Shown one piece after another: positions 18,701-29,800 of a DNA stretch of 52,803 nucleotides. Source of the DNA: Chloroflexota bacterium (GTDB taxonomy: Bacteria; Chloroflexota; Anaerolineae; Aggregatilineales; J027); NCBI GenBank assembly GCA_003697365.1, contig RFGP01000009.1, positions 1 to 52,803 of the forward strand. Direction: 5' to 3'. Below the pieces are notes generated by a model. That model was not told where the DNA came from. It searched no databases and saw nothing but the letters and a program-made list of their open reading frames with translations. A program made the position numbers and the translations under genes. Numbering within the stretch: the first letter of the stretch is position 1; every line of letters starts with the position of its first letter.

Positions 18701-19720
18701 CTATTTTTGATCTTGTTGTAATTCAATGTCTCGACTATTAACCCACTTACCAAAACCCACAGTTGCTAACTCCGCTGTAATCCGCTCAAACGAAGGTTTC
18801 GCCCGCACTGCCAGATGTTTCACAAAAAGGATTTGGCGATCAAGTGGATGCATTCCCGCTTCTCGCAGTGGCAAATCTAACCACTCTTGGTAAGATCGTA
18901 TACAGACATAAAGCGGCAAACGCTCAACTTTCGGCCAAAATGCAATTGCTTGTTGAAAGATAGCAGTTGCTTCATCGTACACATCAGGATGTAGCAACGG
19001 ACGAACCAACAAGCCACTGCGCCCTTCTGAAACGCTTAAATGACCCAATAAGCGCCCATCAACTATTGATTCAACAACTAAGCTGCTGTCATGGTTGCGA
19101 GCCGTTGGCTTAGCATAGGGGCAAGCCTGTTGAATCAAACTGGGCAACAACTTTGCGTAGAGCAGATGTAGATACGGTAGATCAGTCACAACGACTGGTC
19201 GTAAACGTAATCGTACTAATGGGAGCGGTGTTAGTTTTTGTGTTGGTTGATAATGATAGATTGTTTGACGAGCATAAACTACAAATCCTACTTGACGTAA
19301 AATTTTGAAAGCGGCTGATGCGGTTTCTGGAAGCTCAGCAATAACTGTCGTTGCACCTCGTTGTGTTGCAACTTGCAGCAACCCCTCAACTAACTGTACC
19401 CATGGACGAGGGTCTGCATCTGAAGGCGGGGCTGGAGCTAAGATAGCAAGGTGCGCATGGGTATCCCCTAGCCGATGCTTTAACTGACCTATATAACCAT
19501 TTTCTTGTTCACGCAAAACAAGTGTTGGTAACCCTAAATCAGCCAAAGGAACAATCGTTAATAATGCAGCCTCAAGAGGACGCACATCTTTTGTTAGTGC
19601 AGTGGTGGTATCCATAATCAGTTGGTCACCAGCCAAACGACTAACAAGTGTTAAATCCATTGGCGTAGGAGAAAAGGCTCGCACTTCAGTCACAAAACGT
19701 ATGTCTTCTCGACACCTCAA
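18701..19720 (-). CDS. Hypothetical protein, possible tandem GNAT-like fold
   Basis: 339 aa. Segments such as ATQRGATTVIAELPETASAAFKILRQVGFVVYARQ resemble the C-terminal half of GNAT acetyltransferases, but no clear acetyl-CoA motif (R/QxxGxG/A) is seen. The start is uncertain (TTG 19720 or ATG 19660). Confidence 0.4.
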   Translation of the reverse strand: MRCREDIRFVTEVRAFSPTPMDLTLVSRLAGDQLIMDTTTALTKDVRPLEAALLTIVPLADLGLPTLVLREQENGYIGQLKHRLGDTHAHLAILAPAPPSDADPRPWVQLVEGLLQVATQRGATTVIAELPETASAAFKILRQVGFVVYARQTIYHYQPTQKLTPLPLVRLRLRPVVVTDLPYLHLLYAKLLPSLIQQACPYAKPTARNHDSSLVVESIVDGRLLGHLSVSEGRSGLLVRPLLHPDVYDEATAIFQQAIAFWPKVERLPLYVCIRSYQEWLDLPLREAGMHPLDRQILFVKHLAVRAKPSFERITAELATVGFGKWVNSRDIELQQDQK

Positions 19721-20066
19721 TTACTTTGGTACAACATACACATTATGCTTTGACAATTATAGCGACATAATTCAGCAAACAAGCAAAACTTCTAAATGTA
19801 TTGACCAAGCATACTAGCCAATATTCGCTCACATGTTTTACTTTAGCAATATTTATGCCAAATTTGAATTATCTTGCATTCCAATTATACCATAAAAAAC
19901 ACTCACAAATGCTATAAAACCTATCATAAAACCATCTTCACTAAGCGCAATACTCTAAGATTAAAAGTTGGTGTGTAATGCACAATTGGGAATGATGCTA
20001 CTCTGTTGGCACATTCATTGCTACAATTGAGGTAAAACTATAGTATTTATAAGGAATCTAGTTATC

Positions 20067-21497
20067 ATGCGTACTTTCATTATAGCTGATAAACGACTTA
20101 TACAACCTTTTAACGAACCCGCTAGCAATCTTCAGGTTATTAGTCCTTCGGGCTTGCCTGCTAATTTACAAATTCATCATAAAGAAGTAACAGCGCGTTG
20201 TCTTGAGCCCTGCCCCGTAGAAGAAGACCTCACAGAATATGAAGACTTAAAAGAAGTATTGCAACGTGACCGACCGGGAGTACGTGCCGACGATTCCATT
20301 TTTGTTTATCGTGATAATATTTACTTTGATGAAAATTTTTTGAATTATTTTATTAAAGCAGCTCGTAATCTAGGAAAACCCTGCCAAGCAGTTTTGCCCG
20401 CTGATGACCCAGCATGGCAAAAATACGTTATTCCACTAAGCAGTCTAAAACGGATTATTCCACCATCCGGGCCTGAATATTATCCTGTAGAGATGTACTA
20501 CTTGCCTTCAGGGTGGGCCGAACGCCAAGAACTTATTCCTATTGCCATTCCATCAGGGGCAATTGAAAAAGGCTATTACAACATCCCCGATACCATGACA
20601 AATATTAAACTTGATACTCCTAAACGCGGAAGTCGTGGAAGAAAACGCGAAGAGAATGTCCGTAAAGATCAAGACCTGACACATTTTCTTTCAGAACGGA
20701 CTTGTGTAGTTATTGAAAGTTGGGTACATCTGTTCAATGCTGTTATCCCGTTAGGTGTATTCTCACGCTCTAGTCGGTTCGACGAACAAGTTAGCCGTCA
20801 CAATCTTTTCGCACTAAAACTTTTGTTAAAAGCAATTATTGAACAACGCCAAGTATTGTCTTCGTCTGGTGCAGTACAAGTTGGCGCTGGAACAGTTATT
20901 CATCCAACTGCCGTTATTTCTGGCCCAGCGGTTATTGGCCAAAACTGTGACATTGGTCCCGGTGTTGTTATCGATAATTGCATCATTGGGGATAATGTGA
21001 CCATTGCTACAGGTTGCCAACTCATGTTAAGCGTTGTAGGGCATAACTGTTTTCTGCCATTTCGGGCTGCACTATTTATGACGATGTTGATGGAAAACAC
21101 AATTGTTGCTCAAAACACATGCCTTCAAATGTGTGTTGTAGGAAGAAATAGCTTCATTGGAGCAGGTTCAACATTTACAGACTTTAACTTACTACCCTCC
21201 CCCATCAAAGCGCCAAATTATGAAGGCAAATTTGAAGATACACGCCAACCTGTTTTAGGTGGTTGTGTGGGGCACAATTGCCGTATTGGCTCAGGCATGA
21301 TCATTATGCCTGCCCGTATGATTGAATCAGATGTCATTCTGGCTGCATCGCCAGAGCGGCGCATTATACGTAAAAGCATTACTTTTGAGCAAAGCGATCA
21401 TCATGTTTTTCCGCCCAATATTGCGGCTTTGCATCGGCGCTTATATCAACGTGATGAAATTTTAGACGAGAGTCAGTTATTGGATGACTGGATATAA
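20067..21497 (+). CDS. Left-handed beta-helix (hexapeptide-repeat) protein with degenerate nucleotidyltransferase-like N-domain
   Basis: 476 aa. Hexapeptide repeats are visible (VGAGTVIHPTAVISGPAVIGQNCDIGPGVVIDNCIIGDNVTIATGCQL ... VGRNSFIGAGSTF ... VGHNCRIGSGMII). The N-terminus (MRTFIIADKRL) lacks the GxGTRL nucleotide-binding signature. Confidence 0.65.
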   Translation: MRTFIIADKRLIQPFNEPASNLQVISPSGLPANLQIHHKEVTARCLEPCPVEEDLTEYEDLKEVLQRDRPGVRADDSIFVYRDNIYFDENFLNYFIKAARNLGKPCQAVLPADDPAWQKYVIPLSSLKRIIPPSGPEYYPVEMYYLPSGWAERQELIPIAIPSGAIEKGYYNIPDTMTNIKLDTPKRGSRGRKREENVRKDQDLTHFLSERTCVVIESWVHLFNAVIPLGVFSRSSRFDEQVSRHNLFALKLLLKAIIEQRQVLSSSGAVQVGAGTVIHPTAVISGPAVIGQNCDIGPGVVIDNCIIGDNVTIATGCQLMLSVVGHNCFLPFRAALFMTMLMENTIVAQNTCLQMCVVGRNSFIGAGSTFTDFNLLPSPIKAPNYEGKFEDTRQPVLGGCVGHNCRIGSGMIIMPARMIESDVILAASPERRIIRKSITFEQSDHHVFPPNIAALHRRLYQRDEILDESQLLDDWI

Positions 21498-22608
21498 ACC
21501 ATCGATGAGCGAGCATACCTTTGGCTTTATTTTTCACCCTATTAGTATTAAAGAAGATGTCTCACGCAAGTGGCCATGGGTTGGTAAGATTTTAACTGAA
21601 GGGCAAATCAATTTCTTTTCGCGTTTCTTTCCACCCGTAGATATTAGCCATATTCAAGGCATTATTTCTGAAGCAACTGGCGAAAGCGCTGAGGGATGGT
21701 TTGTAGCTTGCCCATACACACCACCAACAATGATGCGCCTTCCAGTGCAAGAAGTGTATCGGAAAATCGTTGCGTGCGGAAAACGCCTCAGTGAAAAAGG
21801 GGCTAAAATTGTAGGCCTAGGGGCCTATACTTCTGTAGTAGGAGATGCTGGTCGCACAATTGCCGAACGGCTCGAAGTTCCAGTAACAACAGGGGATAGT
21901 TATACCGTTTATATTGCCGTAGAGGCCATGCGCGAAGCCGCCCATGTCATGGATATAGACATTCGTGAGGCTAAGGTTGCCGTTGTAGGAGCAACTGGAG
22001 CAATTGGCAGCACATGCGCAGAGCTGTTGGCAAAAGATGTGCCAGAGATAGTATTGGTAGGTCGTAGACTTGATGCACTAGAAAGCACGCGCGAACGCTG
22101 TGAAGGCGCTTTAGCGAGGGTACACACAAGCACAGACATCACCGCCATCTATGACGCAGACCTCATTTTAACGGTTACTAGTGCTACACATAGCGTCATT
22201 GAACCGCATCATCTAAAACCGGGGGCTGTTGTCTGTGATGTCGCCCGACCGCGTGATGTAAGTCGCCGTGTATTTGAACAACGCGACGATGTATTAGTTA
22301 TTGAAGGTGGTATGGTAGAAGTACCCGGCCCGGTCGATTTTGGGTTTGATTTTGGCTTCCCTCGTGGCAAATCTTTTGCCTGTATGGCAGAAACGATTGC
22401 GCTCGCGCTTGAAGGGCGTTATGAAGATTACACAATAGGCAAGCACATAAGCATTGAGCAAGCAAAAGAAATTGGCGAAATTGCCACACGACATGGTTTC
22501 CGATTGAGTGGTTTTCGTACATTTGAAAAGCCGGTTACAGAAGAGCATATTGCTCGTGTACGCGAGCGCGCTCAACAAACAGGGCGCACTTGGCGACCAT
22601 CATATTAA
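21484..22608 (+). CDS. Acyl-ACP reductase (AAR)-family NAD(P)-dependent reductase homologue
   Basis: Blocks align by eye with cyanobacterial AAR: FGFIFHP / FGLIGHL; GLGAYTSVV / ALGGFTSII; VTTGDSYTVY...AKVAVVGATGAIGS / FTTGNTHTAY...ATVAVVGATGDIGS; SFACMAETIALALEG / MFACFAEAMLLEFEG; IGEIATRHGF / IGEASVRHGF. It overlaps the preceding gene by 14 nt. An alternative start is ATG 21505. Confidence 0.7.
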   Translation: MTGYKPSMSEHTFGFIFHPISIKEDVSRKWPWVGKILTEGQINFFSRFFPPVDISHIQGIISEATGESAEGWFVACPYTPPTMMRLPVQEVYRKIVACGKRLSEKGAKIVGLGAYTSVVGDAGRTIAERLEVPVTTGDSYTVYIAVEAMREAAHVMDIDIREAKVAVVGATGAIGSTCAELLAKDVPEIVLVGRRLDALESTRERCEGALARVHTSTDITAIYDADLILTVTSATHSVIEPHHLKPGAVVCDVARPRDVSRRVFEQRDDVLVIEGGMVEVPGPVDFGFDFGFPRGKSFACMAETIALALEGRYEDYTIGKHISIEQAKEIGEIATRHGFRLSGFRTFEKPVTEEHIARVRERAQQTGRTWRPSY

Positions 22609-22691
22609 ACTAGCCAAAATCAAACGTTATTTATGTTATATTTTAGTCAACAAAACAACATCATTGTTCTTTAGCCTTGATAGATAGTCTA

Positions 22692-22700
22692 TGTTATACT
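22692..22700 (+). promoter_or_regulatory. Candidate extended -10 elements upstream of the signalling operon
   Basis: TGtTATACT at 22692-22700. A second, similar element TGtTATATT lies at 22634-22642. Both sit in the shared context TATGTTATA. The -35 regions are weak. Confidence 0.3.
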
Positions 22701-22840
22701 AAAGCAATAATGGGCACAGTAAATTGTTATTACAGAGTTGCCTATCTATTTGCAAACATTCATAGGTCACACATTCAATCACAAACCCTTTGAGGAAAGG
22801 AGGCTAGCGTCAAGCCAACAGACTTGGCGCTGAAGGATTG

Positions 22841-23755
22841 ATGAGCAAAGGTCGTATTTTAGTCGTCGAAGACGATTTTGATATTTCAAACATGTTACGT
22901 ATTTACTTCACGGGGCAAGGGTACGATGTGCAGGTTGCTGCGCGTGGTAGCGATGCTCTAGAGATGACTCGTAAACAACTGCCACAACTCATCGTACTTG
23001 ACATTATGTTACCCGATATGAATGGGTACGATGTCTGCCGAGAGTTGCGTCAAACAACACGCACCAGTCATATTCCTATTATGTTCCTCACTCAAAAAGA
23101 TGAGCGCTCCGACAAGCTCATTGGCCTTGAGTTAGGAGCGGACGATTACATCACCAAGCCCTTTGACATCGAAGAGCTAAAGCTACGTGTCAAAAACCAA
23201 ATTGAACGCGCTGAACGTGAAAACTATACTGATCCTAACAGCGGTTTACCCAGTAGCGCTATCATTGAAAATCGCCTCAGAGAGTTAATGCGCTCAGAAG
23301 AAACATGGACTTATTTAGATGCTAAAATCGAGCACTTCGATGACTTTAAAGAAGTTTATGGCTTCGTCGCCGGCACAGAGGTTCAACGCTTTACATCACT
23401 AATTATTGGTGAAATCGTTGATAAATACGGTACCCCCAATGACTTTTTAGGGCATCCCGGCAGTAATAACTTTGTGATCATCACGTATACAGATCGTAGC
23501 GATGTTTTCGAGCAGAAATTGATCGAACGATTTAATCAAGAGGTACAGCAACACTATTCATTTATAGACCGTGAACGCGGTCATATGCTGCGTGATGGGC
23601 GCGAAATACCTTTAATGACCTTATCAGTAGGCTCAGTATCGAATGCAACGCATCATTTCGCTGATATTCGCGAAATCACTGAGCGGGCTGCTGAAGATCG
23701 ACGACGAGGTGACGAAAGTGAAGACGACAGCGAGCCCATCGAAACATCGTGGTAG
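22841..23755 (+). CDS. Response regulator: receiver domain + degenerate GGDEF domain
   Basis: The REC domain is intact (ILVVEDD, LIVLDIMLPDMNG, ITKPF). The C-terminal GGDEF fold has GSNNF (23459-23473) in place of GG(D/E)EF, TPND in place of the RxxD I-site, and YGFVAGTE in place of NDxxGHxxGD. Confidence 0.85.
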   Translation: MSKGRILVVEDDFDISNMLRIYFTGQGYDVQVAARGSDALEMTRKQLPQLIVLDIMLPDMNGYDVCRELRQTTRTSHIPIMFLTQKDERSDKLIGLELGADDYITKPFDIEELKLRVKNQIERAERENYTDPNSGLPSSAIIENRLRELMRSEETWTYLDAKIEHFDDFKEVYGFVAGTEVQRFTSLIIGEIVDKYGTPNDFLGHPGSNNFVIITYTDRSDVFEQKLIERFNQEVQQHYSFIDRERGHMLRDGREIPLMTLSVGSVSNATHHFADIREITERAAEDRRRGDESEDDSEPIETSW

Positions 23756-23820
23756 TGGAATACAAGGAAGGAGAATGCCCACAACTTCTCATTGAAGTCG
23801 TGTGGCAATAGAAGAGCATC

Positions 23821-26800
23821 ATGAGCTTTGAACTGCTACTAGTAACAGTTGGACTAGCTGGGTTGACATGGCTCTACGCTTTTACACGACAAATGGCGAG
23901 AAGCCAAGCGCGGTTTCGGTCCGTAGATGCCAAGCGCACCATTCCTGTGAATTTGTTGAATAATGATGGTGCGGTGATCGTGGCTGAAGGACGTGGACAT
24001 CTCATCTATATTAGTCCACGCGCCGCTGAATGGTTTGAATTGAGTGGTGTTGAGCCTAATCTGACTATCTTAGCCTCAAGAGTACAACCTGCGGATGTAT
24101 TCCATGATCTTTTTGCGCAAGAAGGTCGAGCTCTATTGCGCATCGGGATGCGACGTGTCGAAGCAGCATCTTATGCGCTTCCGACAGCAGAGGGGCAACG
24201 ATTTGTTGTCTTTATGCGCGAAGTTGCAACAAGTGATAAAGAAGAGATTTTTGATACGGCGCGCGCCCTGACCGTTGTTCAAGACATCAGCAAAACCATT
24301 ACTATTGGAGCTGATTTGAATCAAACCATGACAACCATTCTTACCAGTATCAGCAGTGTTATTGAATACGATGCTGGTGAAGTAATTCTGTGGGATCAAA
24401 CGCTTAATCGCCCGCGCCCTGTCGGAAAAGTAGGAAACGGTTATAGCAATTACGTTAATAGTAGCAACGGAAATGGAAGTTCAGCGGATTCTGATTCAGG
24501 CTATACATCATGGATAGCGCGCTATCAGCAGCCATTATTGCTGAATGATGTATCTGTTCGTGCAGATGTTGGCCCACGCAGCGAAGCCTTTCCATATCAA
24601 AGCTATGTAGGTGTTCCTTTAACTGTCAGTGGGCGTTTTATTGGCACTATCGAACTTGCTAGCAATAAGCCCCATGCCTTCACACATGAAGATTTACGCC
24701 TCCTAGAATCAGTAGCAGGGCAAGCAGCCGTTGCTATCGAAAACTCTAGATTAGCGACAGAACAAGCAAATCGCATTTTACAGCTTAATGGTTTGCAAAA
24801 TATCGCCCAAACAATGGGTGAAGAAGTCGATAAACGTGAGCTCTACCAAAAATTACACGAGCGCATCGCAAACTTGCTCAATGTCGAAATCTGTGGATTG
24901 CTATTATATGATGCCAATACCGACGCGCTCATCAGTCAATTACCTTTTTTTGGTGTGACCGACGCTGTCATGTCTTTGCATCGGCTTGATGTTTCTTCTA
25001 AAAGCCATGCTCACCGCATTTGGCAAAGCAACGTTTGGTGGTATAGCAACCAAGTTCTGAATGATGAAATGTCAAATGCGCTTAATTTACGTGGGCTTGC
25101 AGAAACTATCGGCATTCATAACGCTGCGATGATTCCTGTCAGCATTGGTGGCAAACGTATAGGTATGCTGCTAATAGCGAACAAGCGTGATGATGGCAAC
25201 TTTACTGACGATGATATGCGCCTAGCTAGCATTTTTGCCACCCAAGCAGCAATCGTTGTTGAAAACGCGAATCTATACGAGCGTGAGCGCCACTATATGG
25301 CGGAATTAGCGAATCTACAAGAAATAGCCCAAGGCGTTCGCCGTTCGCCAGAAGACCTTATCGCCCACATAACAGAGCACATCGCACAGCTACTTGAAGT
25401 AGAAATGTGCGGCATATTACTGTATGAAAACGAACGTAAATTATTGGTGGCACAATCGCCATTTTTTGGTATAGATGATGAAACAATAAAATTTTATCAG
25501 ATTCCTATTGAACCAGAATCTATTTTTGTACAACTTCAAGAAGGTAAACCTTATTGGTATAGCAATCAAATAGGCTTAGAAACATGGGCAGGTGCAGTTA
25601 GTTTTGCGCAATTAGCGAATATGGCGGGTGTGCGCAAAGTGATGTTTGCACCTCTTGTTGTGGGGGATATTCAATTTGGGCTACTACAAATTGCCAACCC
25701 TATCAATGAGCGCAACTTTAATCAAGAAGATGGTCGTGTATTAAGCCTAGCAGCTACTCAAGCGGCTGTTTTATTAGATAACACCAATTTACACCAAGAT
25801 GTAGAACGCCTCTCACGCGAAGCATTGGCATTACGTCGTATTGCTGAACGTTTGGCCATGCCGCTTAATGAAACAGAAATCTTTGAAACAGTACTTGATG
25901 AATTATTTGATGTTATAGGCTGTGAACAGGTCGCCATAGCATTATTAGATAACCAAAACGGTAAATTAGTTTATCGAAATGAGATGATGCGTGGGATAAA
26001 GCTCCCACAATCTCCATTTGAAATAGATATTTACAGCTCAGACTTTAACCACAGCCCTATTATGTCTCGCAAGCCTTTTATTAGCTATGATATACCAAAT
26101 GATAAACGTGTCTTGCCCGTTTATCGTGAGCTTGCAACACTCTTACAACTACAAAAAGATGTATTGATTGTTCCTTTGATCAGCAACCAACGCGCTATTG
26201 GCGAGCTAGCGGTTGGTAACAAAAAACAAGGGCTATTTTCTCAATCAGATGAAGAACTTTTATTAGCCATTGGTGCCCAGATAGCCACAGCACTTGAACG
26301 AGCGCGTTTATATTCCTTAACCGATGCTGATTTACGCACACGCATAGAAGAACAAGAGGCTATTCAGCGTATTCATCGTGAGTTAAGCGAAACCCTCTTA
26401 ATTGATCGTGTGCTAGAAGTCATTCGTAATGAAGCCCTTCTCACCACAAATGCGATTGGCGTTAGTGTGGGGTTATTGTTACCAAGCACATTGTGGGTTG
26501 ATGAAGATGTACCTGAGCTTGAAACACGCTTAGGGGCAGAGCTTCTATTTCCTAATGAAACCAACCCAGCCATCATTCATAGGCTTAATGACATAGAAAA
26601 GCGCATGTTTGATAGTGCTGAAACAATCGTCGTAGAAGACTATAGCAACGCAGATATTAATGCGGTGCCATCAACAGCACAATCTGCACTTGTTGAACCG
26701 ATTTATTTTGAAAATGAGATCATTGGCTTTATTCACCTCTATAGCGATAAACCTAATACTTTTGATGCAACAACACAAGCGTTCGTCAAAAAGTTAGGGC

Positions 26801-29800
26801 AACAAGCATCGTTAGCGGTCACGAATGCTCGACGTTATCGCGATCAAGTCCAAGCCAATGAGCGCCTTAAACGACGAGCTGATCAAATACAAAATGTCTT
26901 CCGCTTAGGGGAATTAGTACGGCAAGGAAAAGACATCCACGCAATAATGGATGTGATCGCTAAAAACATCCGTGAAACTGTGGGATTTGAACAAATCTTG
27001 ATCCGTGTTCTTAATGAGCGCGATCAAACCTTTGATGTTGTGAATCATTTAGGTATTGATGCCAAGTCCTTTGAAGACCCATCCGTTCGCTCTCGTTCTA
27101 TTGAGGAAGTTAACGCATTATTTGACCCACGATGGAAGACGGGGTCCGTTTACTTTTTCCCAGCAAATTTTCAGGATGAATGGCGTGCTGGGCTACAAAG
27201 CACAAAACTTGTAGATGATCCCTTAAAGCATACATCTGGTAGCGGGCCACGGCGCTGGCATCCTGATGACCTATTGGTGATTCCTGTATATAATGCTGCC
27301 CAAAAATTAATTGGCATTATCTCCCTTGATGATCCTAAAAATGGAATGCGCCCCACGCGCGAAGTCATTGATTTACTCGAAGGTTTTGCGGCACAAGCGG
27401 CTTTTGCGATTGAAAGCCATCAACTTGTTGATAATATTCGTCAACAAGCCGAAGAAGCCCGTCGCGAGCGGGACCGTCTTGCACAATTAAATCTTGCCTC
27501 TAGTGAAATTCAGCGCGCTCCAGACATGACGAGCCGCTTAAATGCTGTGGCAGCAGCAATCCATGCGGCGGGATGGCAACATGTACAAATCACACTCCGA
27601 GACCCTCAACTTGAGCCCACACAATTTATTAGTGTCGGATATACACCTGAAGAAGAAATTCAAATCCAACGCACCCTAACGCCGGGTAGCGTTTGGCAAG
27701 AGCGTTTCAATGACCTTGAATTCCACGAGCTCAAACTCGGAAATGCTTACTATCTACGCTATGATAGTGAATGGGTAACGAAGAACATTCGGCGTGGTGA
27801 GCCCGCCGATCCCCCCCAAGTTGATGAAGACGAATGGCATCCGCAAGATGTAATATATCTCCCATTAATGGGGCATGACCAAAAACGTATTATTGGTCTC
27901 ATTCGTCTAGATTCTCCTGTAGATGGCAAGCGCCCTACTGAACAATCATTGCAACCAATTGAATTGTTCGCCTTACAAGCAGCAGCAGCCATCGAAAACC
28001 AAAGACTTTATACTGAAACAGTCCGTCAAGCAGATATTGAACAACAATTGAACCGCTTGATGGAAGCAATGGCCTCTACACTAGATCAAGCAGAAATCAT
28101 CTTAGCGCTTTCAGAAGGTTTACGCCCATTTGTTATCTTCACGCACATGCATTTGGCGGTGCGCTCTGACGCTGATCCTGACTTCTTTGAGATGACTCGT
28201 GTAGAGCTAACACCAGATAATCAAACTTACATCTTGCCAGATAATCCTATTCCATTACAAGGAACTGCTGCAGGAGAAGTATACTATACGGGTGAAACTC
28301 GTATTTTTGAGCTAAACGCAGCTGACGCTGAAAGTTATGAATACACCGATTTACAAACATGGGCAGCACAAGGCGAACGCAACGTGTTGATGGTGCCCCT
28401 CATAGCAGGCGGTGATCGTTTAGGTGTGCTGCGTCTTGGTAGTGAGCTCGATCAAGCCTTCCGTTTTGCAGATAGCCAAACCCTTACCTTGATTCAGCGG
28501 ATGGCCAATCTGACGACTGTTTCCATTCAAAACTCTCGTCTATTCAATAACTTAGGTGAAAGCCAATCATTCAACGAAGCGGTCGTTCAATCTATCCAAC
28601 AAGGTATTGTGGTGTTGGATGAGAATCTACGCATTCGTATTGCCAATCAATACATGATGACCCACTATGGTTGGACATACCAAGCAGTAGGGTCTACGCT
28701 TTTTGAGTATCTTCCAGAACTATCGAATGTGCTTTCTCATCCCATTGAGACTGTGCTCGAAACAGGACGTAATACTCAAAAAATGGATGTTACCCTAACA
28801 GGGCAAATTACCAATCTAGAGTTCCTTGTGAATTTCTATATCTATCCTTTGCGACAAGGAACGCGCGTTAACGGTGTCGTATTGCTGATTGAAGACATTA
28901 CTGAACGTGCACAACTAGAAGCTGACGTACGTCGCCGTGCAGAACAATTAGCTGCACTTACCAATGTCTCTAGCAGCATGACGCAAACCCTCCAACCTGA
29001 TCAAGTGGTCGAAGTTGTGTTAGATGCACTTGAAGAAGTTATCCCCTACGATGGTGTGGTGTTGTGGCTAGAACATCCAACCCGTCCCAATAGCTTAGAG
29101 ATTGTAGCAGCGCGTGGGTTTAACGATCCCGCCGCTTCATCAGCTGATGATTTAATACACTTGTGGATCGAAATTGATGACAGCTTGCTCTTCAAGGAAA
29201 TGGCTCAACAACGGCAAGTCGTGAATATTGGCGATACTGCCGACGACCCGCGCTTCCCGATGGGTGCTGAGCGAGTTTATCGTTGTTTCTTGGCAGCTCC
29301 ACTTATCTCTAAGGGTGAGATCATTGGTGTTCTTCAAGTAGAAAAACGTGAGCCTTTCTTCTATGACCAAAACTATGAACAGTTAGCACTTGCGTTTGCC
29401 AACCAAGCTGCAGTGGCACTCAGCAACGCGCGCTTGTTTGCCGAAACACAACAACGCGCCGAAGAGCTAAGGAAGCAAGCTGGTCGTTTAGCACTCTTAA
29501 ACCGCGTTTCAAATGCTTTATCGCAATCGCTAGACCTTGAGAACATCTTTGAGATCACATTACGCGAGACTGTCAATGCCCTAGAAGTTGATTACGCAGC
29601 AGCCATTCAAATAAACATAGATGATGGCATCTGCCGAGTTATTATTGAACATCCACGCGGCAACATTGAGCCAACAATGGCTTTTCGACTTAACAGCTCT
29701 AAAATTATGGAGCGTATCGTTGAAAAAGCCCAACCTGTGCTATTTAATGACATTCAAGCAGAATTGCCCGAACGTCAAGAAGACCTTAAGCGTTTGTTAC

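Noticed and set aside
21484-22608. Annotating the 374-aa protein as shikimate dehydrogenase
   Set aside because: Only the Rossmann segment would be shared. The N-terminal FGxIxHP block, the TTG(D/N)(S/T)(Y/H)T block and the FAC(M/F)AE Cys block match the acyl-ACP reductase family, not AroE.
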